16,597 nucleotides of DNA from assembly GCA_050250935.1 (NCBI GenBank), contig JBFWNS010000010.1:1-16597 (forward strand), read 5' to 3'. This DNA is from Candidatus Margulisiibacteriota bacterium. GTDB lineage: Bacteria > Margulisbacteria > Marinamargulisbacteria > JBFWNS01. Of the stretch, positions 1 through 7,446 are shown in pieces (position 1 is the stretch's first letter; each line of letters opens with the position of its first letter). The notes under the pieces are model-generated. The model had not been told where the DNA came from. It saw only the letters and a list, made by a program, of their open reading frames with translations, and made no database searches. Position numbers and translations under genes: made by a program.

Positions 1-3000
1 TTGATGATGTTTCCAAAAGGATCGTAAGCATAAGAAAGTGTCTGGGAATCCGGCCCTGAAACCGAGATAGCCGAGACCTTGCCTTTAAAGCCGGCATCAT
101 AGCTGTAGTTCACCAAAGTCCCATCGGCAAACGAAACGGTACGCGGACGTTTTTGGGAATCGTAGGTGTCGTAGCGGGTGGTTTGGCCGTTGGGGTCGGT
201 GTGGGAAAGCAGATTGCCCAGTACATCGTAGGTGTTGGATTCTTGGGTGCCGTCGGGAAACGTCGTTGAAACGAGATTGGCATTCGAGTCGTAGCTAAAC
301 GTGGTTTTCATCCCCCGAAGGTCGGTGACGGAAAGTAAATTTCCCAAAGCGCCATAGACATACGAGGCGGGTCTGTAGTTGGGCAGGCGGACTTGGATGA
401 GGTTGTTGCGGCCATCGTACATATACGTCGTCACATTCCCGTTTTCATCGGTGATGGCTTTGGCGTTGGCGTTGTCGAAATATTGGATGCTTTGCCGAGA
501 GCCATCGGGTTTGGTGACATCTGTTAACCGGTCTATTTCGTCGTAGGTATACCGAGTCGTTCGGTTTAGCGGATCGGTAACGGTTAAGATCTCCAAGGTA
601 GGCGAATACGTGTATTTGGTTGTCAAAGATTCCGACCCTTTTGGGGAAACGGTGAGCTGGTAGAGTTTGCCAAAGGGATTAAACTTGCCCTCGATGGCTT
701 TGTCTTGTCGGCCATCGCTGGTGTGGACCTGCATGGACAAACTGAGGTTATTCGGGTCGTCGTTGTATTGGAAGCGGGTTTGGGCGGTGGAATAGCCGGT
801 TTGGGTGATCTTTTCAATCACTCTGCCGCGGTCGTCGTAGGCATAGGTTGTGAGGTTGCCGTTGAGGTCGGTTTCGGTGTCCACTAAAGCAGAATTGGGC
901 AGATAGGTTTTGGCGGTGACCCAATTCACGTCTTGAACCGTGGTTTGGGTAACCAGCGTGCCATTCACATATTGGGTGGTGGTGACCCGGCCCAGAGGAT
1001 CGGTGCTGCGAATGACGTTGCCGTAGGGATCCACTTGAAACACCGTGACCGCAGGCCCAGCGTCGGTTGCCAGAACAGATTGAACCAAATTGCCTTTACC
1101 GGCGCTGTCGTAGGTGAAGGTGGTGTCTTGGGACCGTTTGCCGTCGGCTTCGATCCAGCTGTGTTTGGGTTTGTTGAGGACATTGGTTTGCAAATATACG
1201 GGGCTGCGTTCGTACTCCACTTTGGTGATTTTGGTGGGGGTGTTGGTGCCGGTTTCGGTGATGGTTTGGGGGAAGCCGAAGCTGTCGTAGTCGGAGTAGG
1301 TGGTGATGATTTGAAAGCCTTTTTGGTCGACGACTTTGCGTAAAGGTCTGCGTAAAACAGGGTCCCATAAGGTGACGGTGCTAAAGCCAATGGGGTTAAT
1401 CTCGGAAACCGGAAGCCCTTCAAAAAACTGAGAGGTGCTGTCGTTGCCTTTGGGGTCGGTGACCGTGATTTTACTAAAATACCCCGCAGCAGGCAGCTCG
1501 CCATCGGCGTGGGAATTGACAAAGGGGGTGTAAATGGCAAAGGTAGAATACCCATCGTAGCGCCAGGTTTGGGAGATGTTCCCGCCGGTGACCTTGCGCT
1601 GGGTCACGACAAAAGACGAGAGCTTGCTGTCATCATCATCCGTGATCTTTTTCTGGAGGGATTTGGCCTGAACAAAGTCGTAGTCCAAGCTCAACTGGGC
1701 CCCAGTGGCGCTGGTGATTTGGGTTAAAAGGGCACCTTGGTTGTCATATTTGGCGGCTTTGGCGTTGTCCCAATCAAAGGCCACGCTTTTGCCGGAAAGA
1801 CCATCGGGAATGGTGGGGGCACCGCCGGATTGAGGGGCGGGGTAATAGAAGGTGTAAGCATAGCTTTCGATGGCGTTGCCGGGCTTTACAACCTGAATCA
1901 GGTAGCCGTTTTTATCATAAACATAGCGGACTTCTTGAGGGCCTTTGGGACCTAAATACTTGAGCTTGGCGATGCGCGAATAGTTGTCGGACTCGCCCAA
2001 AAAGTCGTATTCGCCAGACCCTGGTTTGCTGACAGGCGGCATGGCCGCTTCGACATACTCAATGTTAATTTCGTTGCCGGCGTTGTCATAGATGCGGGTG
2101 GGGCGCATCGGGGTGAGGGAGATGTCGGAATCGGCGGAGCCGGAGGCAGTGTCGCCCAGTAATTGACCGAGAACAAAATCGAAAATAAATTGTAAGGCTG
2201 TACCGATTCCCGGTAAAAAAGCATCGATCACATGGGCAATGATGGTTGTAACGGCGTGAATGGCTTGCTGGTACGCATAGGATTTCGCAGCTGCAGCGGC
2301 AATATCGCCGACTTTAACCCGTTTAAAATCGATGTCGATGTTACCATCTTTGTTAAAAATGCCCGTTGCAACACAAGAAACGAGCATCGAAAACCCAATG
2401 GATGTGGCTGCACTGCCCACCGGGTCGCCGGTGGAAGGGGGTTCTTTTTTGGAATCCGTGACGGCGCCAGCGGTATCCCCTGTGGTTCCGGTAGCGGCCG
2501 GCGGGGTTTGACCGGCTGCTGGGTTCGTATTGGCAACATCCCCAGCCCCACTGGTTTTTTTGACTTCGTTGTTGGTTAATCGGCCAAAGAGTTGGGCAAA
2601 TTGGGCTCCGATGGTATTCCTTGCTTCCCAAGCCCTATAACTGTTATACCCAATCATACAGGCATTCCCAATGGTTCCGTTGGGAAACGGCGAGGTTTGT
2701 AAATCTTGGTGCCAATGGTTAAAGGAATACGAATTACCCCGTTCGTACTCGTAGCTGATGCGGTTGCCGTTGGTGTCTTGGGTGTACGACAGGTAGTTGC
2801 CCACCACCACGTTGTGGATGTCTTGGTTGGTGTAGGTGCTGCGCAGGTCGGTGCAGGCGTTAAAATGAAGGTCAAAACTTTTGGTGTAATAGTGTTCGCG
2901 GAACTCGTATTGTTGGCCGTTTTCTAGTGTTAAGGTAAACCCCGCCACGCTGTGGACCAGTTTGTTTTTGTTGCCTTTGTCGCGGGCAATGAAAGCGCCG

Positions 3001-3611
3001 TCGTCATACAAAACGCCGTTTTTGTCTTTTTTGAAACTGTGTTCGAACGAATAGCTGCCGCTGCCGGTTTGAATGATGACAATTTCAGAGGTGGTGTGGT
3101 CGTTGGCGACTGTATTGGCGCCAAACCAGTCGGATTTGAAATACGCGATGTCGAACTTAATGTAGAGCAAACGACCGGAGATATTGGTTTTCCACCCATT
3201 CCCGATCCAACCACCCCATTGGGCTGGTGTTGCGGCTTTCCATTTGGCTTTTTCAAAACTTTCGCCGGAGTCGTTGTAAAAAGCGTCCCCATCCAATTTG
3301 CTCCATTTGGGAGAAGACAAAAACTCTTTGGAATTGTAGGTGCGTTGAACGGTTAAATTCATCCCGTTTCGACCTGGAATAGAGACATCGGTTTGGTCAA
3401 ACGAAAAGGTTCCGCTGGACAAATCCACAGCCCCAGAATTGACGCTGCCAAAGGCATTCAAATTCATCCCCTGGGCGTTGATTTCCGGCTTTGCAGGGGC
3501 TTGTTTAGACGTAACGGCGGCCATAAGCGGCCGGGATCCGATGGCTGGAACCAAGGATTCCAAGGCAAAAATAACCACCAGGGCCCAGAGGATAAATTGT
3601 CTTTTTTTCAT
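1..3611 (-). CDS. Secreted Rhs/YD-repeat protein (signal peptide + DUF6531-like domain + YD repeats), 3'-truncated by the window edge
   Basis: Manual translation from ATG at 3611 (MKKRQFILWALVVIFALESLVPAIG...) stays open to base 1 (about 1203 codons, no stop, so absent from the ORF track). It has a DUF6531-like motif (AVDLSSGTFSFDQTDVSIPGRNGMNLTVQRTYNS...WIGNGW) and many YD repeats (TDPLNRTTRYTYDEIDRL, TYDVLGNLLSHTDPNGQTTRY, YAYDPFGNII). The Rhs core end and C-terminal domain lie outside the window. Confidence 0.92.
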   Translation of the reverse strand, partial: MKKRQFILWALVVIFALESLVPAIGSRPLMAAVTSKQAPAKPEINAQGMNLNAFGSVNSGAVDLSSGTFSFDQTDVSIPGRNGMNLTVQRTYNSKEFLSSPKWSKLDGDAFYNDSGESFEKAKWKAATPAQWGGWIGNGWKTNISGRLLYIKFDIAYFKSDWFGANTVANDHTTSEIVIIQTGSGSYSFEHSFKKDKNGVLYDDGAFIARDKGNKNKLVHSVAGFTLTLENGQQYEFREHYYTKSFDLHFNACTDLRSTYTNQDIHNVVVGNYLSYTQDTNGNRISYEYERGNSYSFNHWHQDLQTSPFPNGTIGNACMIGYNSYRAWEARNTIGAQFAQLFGRLTNNEVKKTSGAGDVANTNPAAGQTPPAATGTTGDTAGAVTDSKKEPPSTGDPVGSAATSIGFSMLVSCVATGIFNKDGNIDIDFKRVKVGDIAAAAAKSYAYQQAIHAVTTIIAHVIDAFLPGIGTALQFIFDFVLGQLLGDTASGSADSDISLTPMRPTRIYDNAGNEINIEYVEAAMPPVSKPGSGEYDFLGESDNYSRIAKLKYLGPKGPQEVRYVYDKNGYLIQVVKPGNAIESYAYTFYYPAPQSGGAPTIPDGLSGKSVAFDWDNAKAAKYDNQGALLTQITSATGAQLSLDYDFVQAKSLQKKITDDDDSKLSSFVVTQRKVTGGNISQTWRYDGYSTFAIYTPFVNSHADGELPAAGYFSKITVTDPKGNDSTSQFFEGLPVSEINPIGFSTVTLWDPVLRRPLRKVVDQKGFQIITTYSDYDSFGFPQTITETGTNTPTKITKVEYERSPVYLQTNVLNKPKHSWIEADGKRSQDTTFTYDSAGKGNLVQSVLATDAGPAVTVFQVDPYGNVIRSTDPLGRVTTTQYVNGTLVTQTTVQDVNWVTAKTYLPNSALVDTETDLNGNLTTYAYDDRGRVIEKITQTGYSTAQTRFQYNDDPNNLSLSMQVHTSDGRQDKAIEGKFNPFGKLYQLTVSPKGSESLTTKYTYSPTLEILTVTDPLNRTTRYTYDEIDRLTDVTKPDGSRQSIQYFDNANAKAITDENGNVTTYMYDGRNNLIQVRLPNYRPASYVYGALGNLLSVTDLRGMKTTFSYDSNANLVSTTFPDGTQESNTYDVLGNLLSHTDPNGQTTRYDTYDSQKRPRTVSFADGTLVNYSYDAGFKGKVSAISVSGPDSQTLSYAYDPFGNII

Positions 3612-3731
3612 GGGCGAAGGGATCTCACAATCACGGATGTATTTTGGCCTTTCATAAAATCCGTTAATAAAGAAGAAAAATAACGAAATAGGTCGTAATA
3701 TTACGTTAGTGCAGCTATGGGCTGTCAAACT

Positions 3732-4094
3732 TTATTTTCCCAAAACCCTCTCGATGGTGCGTTTTAGTTTTTTACTTTCCGAAAAACATCCATAAAAACA
3801 AGCCGAAGCGCCAGCGTCGCTTAAGCAGGCGGCCCATGTTGGGTCTTGACGGGTCATCAGTGCAAGTACGGGTACTGTGGGATGCATGGATCGTAGCATT
3901 TTTAGTCCGTAGACTTGATTGGATACAAAGCGGTCCTCGACAATAAATAGATTCGGCTGCTGCTTTTGGTCTTGGGTAATTTCTAGGGCCGCGTCTAATG
4001 AAAACGCGTGCTCTGCTGTGTAGCTACCTAGGGCTAGTTCAATCATACTTGCAATAATAGGGCTTTTTGAAATCACCAAAATACGATTTTTCAT
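3732..4094 (-). CDS. Atypical single-domain receiver (CheY-like, pseudo-receiver) protein
   Basis: 120 aa with a REC-like pattern (RILVIS...PNLFIVED...HPTVPVLAL...AGASAC). AAGGAG SD upstream. The acidic pocket and the conserved Lys-Pro are absent. Confidence 0.7.
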   Translation of the reverse strand: MKNRILVISKSPIIASMIELALGSYTAEHAFSLDAALEITQDQKQQPNLFIVEDRFVSNQVYGLKMLRSMHPTVPVLALMTRQDPTWAACLSDAGASACFYGCFSESKKLKRTIERVLGK

Positions 4095-4134
4095 AAGGGT
4101 TCTCCTTGATTGTTTTGGGTTGCGCTGCAGACAG

Positions 4135-4260
4135 TTAATTGATTCCGAATTGAATGATGATGAGGGTTTCCGAATCGGGGGTGAGTGGGGTTAGAATAAC
4201 GAAGTCTTGGGTATATCCCTCTTTTTTTTCAAAATTCAGATCGACAAAATTGTTTTTCAA
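4135..4260 (-). CDS. Putative 41-aa small protein (MKNNFVDLNFEKKEGYTQDFVILTPLTPDSETLIIIQFGIN)
   Basis: TTG at 4260 follows a strong SD (AAGAAGGAGG-GCCT-TTG). TAA at 4137-4135. Co-oriented with and just upstream of the 3732..4094 gene. Below the ORF-track length cut-off. Confidence 0.45.
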   Translation of the reverse strand: MKNNFVDLNFEKKEGYTQDFVILTPLTPDSETLIIIQFGIN

Positions 4261-4280
4261 AGGCCCTCCTTCTTACCTAT

Positions 4281-4343
4281 ATATCATAAATTATGATATT
4301 ATTTATATATTATTATGAATTATAATATCACAAATTGGAATAA
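4281..4343. promoter_or_regulatory. Palindromic operator array in the divergent promoter region
   Basis: Perfect 9-1-9 inverted repeat ATATCATAA-A-TTATGATAT at 4281-4299. Degenerate copies: TTATTATGA-A-TTATAATAT at 4310-4328 (15/19) and ATATCACAA-A-TTGGAATAA at 4325-4343 (14/19). They overlap -10-like hexamers (TATGAT, TATAAT). Confidence 0.6.
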
Positions 4344-4362
4344 TTCAAGGTACACTATTTGA

Positions 4363-5004
4363 ATGAACAAAAAACTTGGAGAATTTATTCGGGTTGCTCG
4401 CAGAAAAAAAGGATTGTCCTTGGTGGCGTTGGCGGCTAAAACCAATCTAACCTTTGGGGTTATGCAAAAAATAGAAGCTGGAAAGCTAAAGAGTAATCCA
4501 GATAAGGACACGCTATTTGGCCTAAGCCAAGCATTGGAGATTGACTACGAAACCCTTGTGGATTTTCTATATGACCACAAAAAGTATGCTCCCAAAATTG
4601 AAGGCGATCGATTTTTGCCCTGCACCCAAGTGCCTGTGCTTCCCTGGGATGTGCTGCCAGAAATTGCCTATACCCAGACCATTCCTCTCATTCGAACCGA
4701 AGAGACTGTATTCGCCAACCATAACGGGGCTTTGTTTGGATTGAAGATCGAAACCATGGAATGGAGTCCATTTTTATTGCTGGGCGATATTGTTGTTGTT
4801 GATTTGGATAAAACAACGTCCGGCAAAGACACGGTTTTGCTCTTTAACCCGAAGCAAAATCGAATTGATATTAAAATTTTAGAAAAGAAAAACACCGAAA
4901 CGTTTGTTAAGGATTTTCATGGGCAAATGCCCCTGATACTTTTAACCCCGCCAATTGAAAAAACAATTGTAGGGAAGATCGTTCAGATCATCAGATCCCT
5001 TTAG
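4363..5004 (+). CDS. XRE-family HTH repressor with a C-terminal S24-like (CI/LexA-type) domain, apparently degenerate
   Basis: N-terminal Cro/C1 HTH (LGEFIRVARRKKGLSLVALA...QKIEAGK...P...L..LSQALEI). The C-terminal pattern VPVL...FGLKI...SPFLLLGDIVVVD...IKIL...IVGKIVQI matches the S24 fold. Confidence 0.85.
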   Translation: MNKKLGEFIRVARRKKGLSLVALAAKTNLTFGVMQKIEAGKLKSNPDKDTLFGLSQALEIDYETLVDFLYDHKKYAPKIEGDRFLPCTQVPVLPWDVLPEIAYTQTIPLIRTEETVFANHNGALFGLKIETMEWSPFLLLGDIVVVDLDKTTSGKDTVLLFNPKQNRIDIKILEKKNTETFVKDFHGQMPLILLTPPIEKTIVGKIVQIIRSL

Positions 5005-6263
5005 GCTGTTTCAAAAAACCGTTCCCAGTTTTCAATCAGGCTTTTACAGTCGTGTTTTTTGATTAACTCCGATCTTAAAACCTCGACAAATAAGCCAAGC
5101 CCATCGTCTAAAATTTCTTCGGAAATCGCTTTATTGCGGTTTATTTGAGCAGCTTCCAATTCTGGGAAGAATAAATAAAGGTCTTTCATTAATAAATGAG
5201 CCCGTCTTCCCATTCGTTTTTTTGCGACATCGGCCAGTATTTTAAACTTTATTTTATCGGGTAACGAAGTGCTTAAAATGTGTTTTCCCAAGTCGGGTAT
5301 GAGTTTTCTAAAACATTGTTTTTGAAGGGCCATGGATATTTTGAGAAGAAGCTCGTTTTTTTCATAGGGTTTGCCCAAATAGTCGAAAGTGTGGTTGTGA
5401 AAAGCCTCTACAATATAATCCAGCTGACCGCTAAAGGCTGTGAGCATGATGGTTTCAGCCTCGGGGTGGAGGTCGTGAAGCAATGGAAGTAATTCCAGGC
5501 CAGACTTTCCTGGCAATCCAATATCCAACAGCATTAAATCTAGTTTGGCCTGTTTTTTTGCAATGACTAAAGCTGATTCGGCATCCGCCGCTTCATGAAC
5601 CTCAAAACCACAGTCATACAACATTCTTTTAAGATTAAGCCTTGAAACAGGTTCATCTTCTACAATTAAAATGGTGGGCGGGATTGTTTTTTTGAGATTT
5701 TTAAGAACTTCTAGGCTGAAAGATTTTTCAAGGATGCCATTTTTAAGTTCCTGGCGTTGATGCAATGGGAAAAAGGCCAAAAGCTCTTCACCTGTAACAA
5801 AATGTCCCCGCTCACTACGAATTTTAATAAGCTCTTTTAAAAGACCCATTCGGTCTTTAATTTGTCCAAAAACATCATGGGCCAAGTTTTCGATAATTCG
5901 GATGTTCTCTGCGTTTTCAAAAATTCCCTTTGCCAGTGCAGCCAAGACGGATTTGTTAAAAGGATAAGTTAGATAGTTACAGGCGCCCAATTTCATCGCT
6001 GCAATACATTTTTCGGGGCTGGGTTGGGATGCAAATACAATCACATCTGCCGTAATGTTGGCCCGTTTAATTTTTTGCAAAACCTCCAGGCTATCCATAT
6101 CGGCCAGATTCAAATCCAAGCAAATTAAATCCCAGGCGGTGTTAATAAAAAACAGGGCATCTTGTCCTGAATCTGCTTCCACAACTTCCATGCCTTTGGG
6201 AAAAGTAAGCCGGATATTTTCTTTAAGAACTTTGCTCGGAGAAATGATGAGTATCGTTGCCAT
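5001..6263 (-). CDS. Dual-receiver response regulator (atypical REC + canonical REC, each followed by an FFP-ending helical module)
   Basis: The second REC has the full signature (ILIVEDE, LLDIGLPG, LTAF, YLGKPY). The first REC keeps LICLDL but lacks the acidic pair and the Lys. No DNA-binding output domain is visible. AAGGA SD. Confidence 0.85.
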   Translation of the reverse strand: MATILIISPSKVLKENIRLTFPKGMEVVEADSGQDALFFINTAWDLICLDLNLADMDSLEVLQKIKRANITADVIVFASQPSPEKCIAAMKLGACNYLTYPFNKSVLAALAKGIFENAENIRIIENLAHDVFGQIKDRMGLLKELIKIRSERGHFVTGEELLAFFPLHQRQELKNGILEKSFSLEVLKNLKKTIPPTILIVEDEPVSRLNLKRMLYDCGFEVHEAADAESALVIAKKQAKLDLMLLDIGLPGKSGLELLPLLHDLHPEAETIMLTAFSGQLDYIVEAFHNHTFDYLGKPYEKNELLLKISMALQKQCFRKLIPDLGKHILSTSLPDKIKFKILADVAKKRMGRRAHLLMKDLYLFFPELEAAQINRNKAISEEILDDGLGLFVEVLRSELIKKHDCKSLIENWERFFETA

Positions 6264-6273
6264 AAATCATCCT

Positions 6274-7266
6274 TTAGTGATTGGGAATCAATTCCGAAAG
6301 ACTGGTTTTGAAATAACGCTCCTGCAAAGCAAGGGCTATTTTTTGAGGCAATACGGGTTGCATTCTTCCCTTGACCACATAGTCTGAAGCACCAGAGCGA
6401 ATGGTGCTGACAATTAAGTCGCTATCCCGAAAAGCCGTTACCATGATGATGATGGTAGTGGGATGATTTTTTTTGATGACAGGCACCAAATCGCTGCCCA
6501 ATTTATCGCCCAAAGCGATATCCAGTAACAAAACATCGACAGGGGCATTTTCGAGGACTTCGAGTACAGCTGCTCCAGATGCCACGGTTTGAATTTGATA
6601 TCCATAGGGATCTAGCATTAACCGCACAAGGTCTCTAAACGCCGGCTCGTCATCAGCCACGACCACCTTTAAATGACTAAAATCTCGCGGTAGGTTATTA
6701 ACCTTCTCCAACAAGGTTTTAATGGGGATGGCTGCTTCATCAACATGGGGAAAAAACCATTGAATTTCTTGAGGGGTTACGGCAAGACCCTTTTTTTGGC
6801 GCTTTATAAGAAGTTCTAAAAACGCTTCGGTACGCTGCGTTTGATCGTGATCTTGGGTGGCTAAAATGCGAGATTTAAGTCTAAAGAATGAAAATGCCTT
6901 TGAGACGATCCATTGAATTTCCTCTGTAAAGGTCGGCAACTGAATCATGTCATAGGCGCCTTGTTTGACCAAATTAACCAAAATTTGAACAGTGTCCAGC
7001 GTTGGTTTTTCGGCATGACAAAAAACCACTTCAGCATGGCTATGGTGATGAAGTAATTTCAGAAAAGCCGCAGGTTCGATATCTAGAGAAAAAGACAAAT
7101 CAACAATAACCAAGGCAATATCTTTGTGGCGACGACAGTATTCGACGGTTTCTGTTGCCGTCTTCATGGGCAAAACAGTTCCAAATATATTCAAATCTGT
7201 CATAAATTGAGTAATAAATGCATCGTTTTGTGAGACAACGATCATCGTTTGTATTTTTAGCTCCAT
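6274..7266 (-). CDS. Dual-receiver response regulator (atypical REC + FFP module + canonical REC)
   Basis: C-terminal REC: VVADDE, LLDIALGD, VTAF, YVVKG. The N-terminal REC is degenerate (VVSQN, IVDLS, GAYDMIQLP). Same architecture as the adjacent gene, with a 10-bp gap between them. Confidence 0.85.
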   Translation of the reverse strand: MELKIQTMIVVSQNDAFITQFMTDLNIFGTVLPMKTATETVEYCRRHKDIALVIVDLSFSLDIEPAAFLKLLHHHSHAEVVFCHAEKPTLDTVQILVNLVKQGAYDMIQLPTFTEEIQWIVSKAFSFFRLKSRILATQDHDQTQRTEAFLELLIKRQKKGLAVTPQEIQWFFPHVDEAAIPIKTLLEKVNNLPRDFSHLKVVVADDEPAFRDLVRLMLDPYGYQIQTVASGAAVLEVLENAPVDVLLLDIALGDKLGSDLVPVIKKNHPTTIIIMVTAFRDSDLIVSTIRSGASDYVVKGRMQPVLPQKIALALQERYFKTSLSELIPNH

Positions 7267-7287
7267 ATACCCACCTTTTTTGTACAG

Positions 7288-7429
7288 ATAGTCTTTGTTT
7301 AAGGTTTGCCCAAAATTTTGGCGGGGTTAAACATGGTATATTTTCAAAGTTCCAAAAAAGAGAACGCCCTATAATTAATTGATTTTAATATGAAAATATG
7401 AGAAATTATCTCATAAATAGTCTTTGTTT
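7288..7429. repeat. 13-bp direct repeat ATAGTCTTTGTTT bracketing the divergent intergenic region
   Basis: Exact copies at 7288-7300 and 7417-7429. Confidence 0.6.
7397..7415. promoter_or_regulatory. Inverted repeat upstream of the ATPase gene (candidate operator)
   Basis: TATGAGA-AATTA-TCTCATA, 31 bp upstream of the ATG at 7447 and downstream of a TATAAT at 7370-7375. Confidence 0.4.
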
Positions 7430-7446
7430 TTATAAAGGGACTGAAT

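Noticed and set aside
1..1400. Recurrent gtcgta/gtcgtag motifs suggesting a DNA repeat array or CRISPR
   Set aside because: These are the reverse complement of Tyr-Asp codons in YD repeats. There is no constant repeat-spacer period.
623..3683. Many short ORFs on both strands (e.g. 965..1555 -, 933..1343 +, 2952..3356 +)
   Set aside because: Shadow frames of the single long rhs reading frame. Their Pro/Thr-rich or Val/Gly-rich translations reflect its codon bias.
4363..5004. Calling the gene lexA or the region a prophage
   Set aside because: It has an XRE-type rather than a LexA winged HTH, and there are no integrase, replication or structural phage genes in the window.
4320..6387. Alternative ORFs 4320..4511, 4541..4744, 4668..4895, 5280..5492, 6055..6387
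   Set aside because: They overlap well-supported genes and have no motifs or RBS support.
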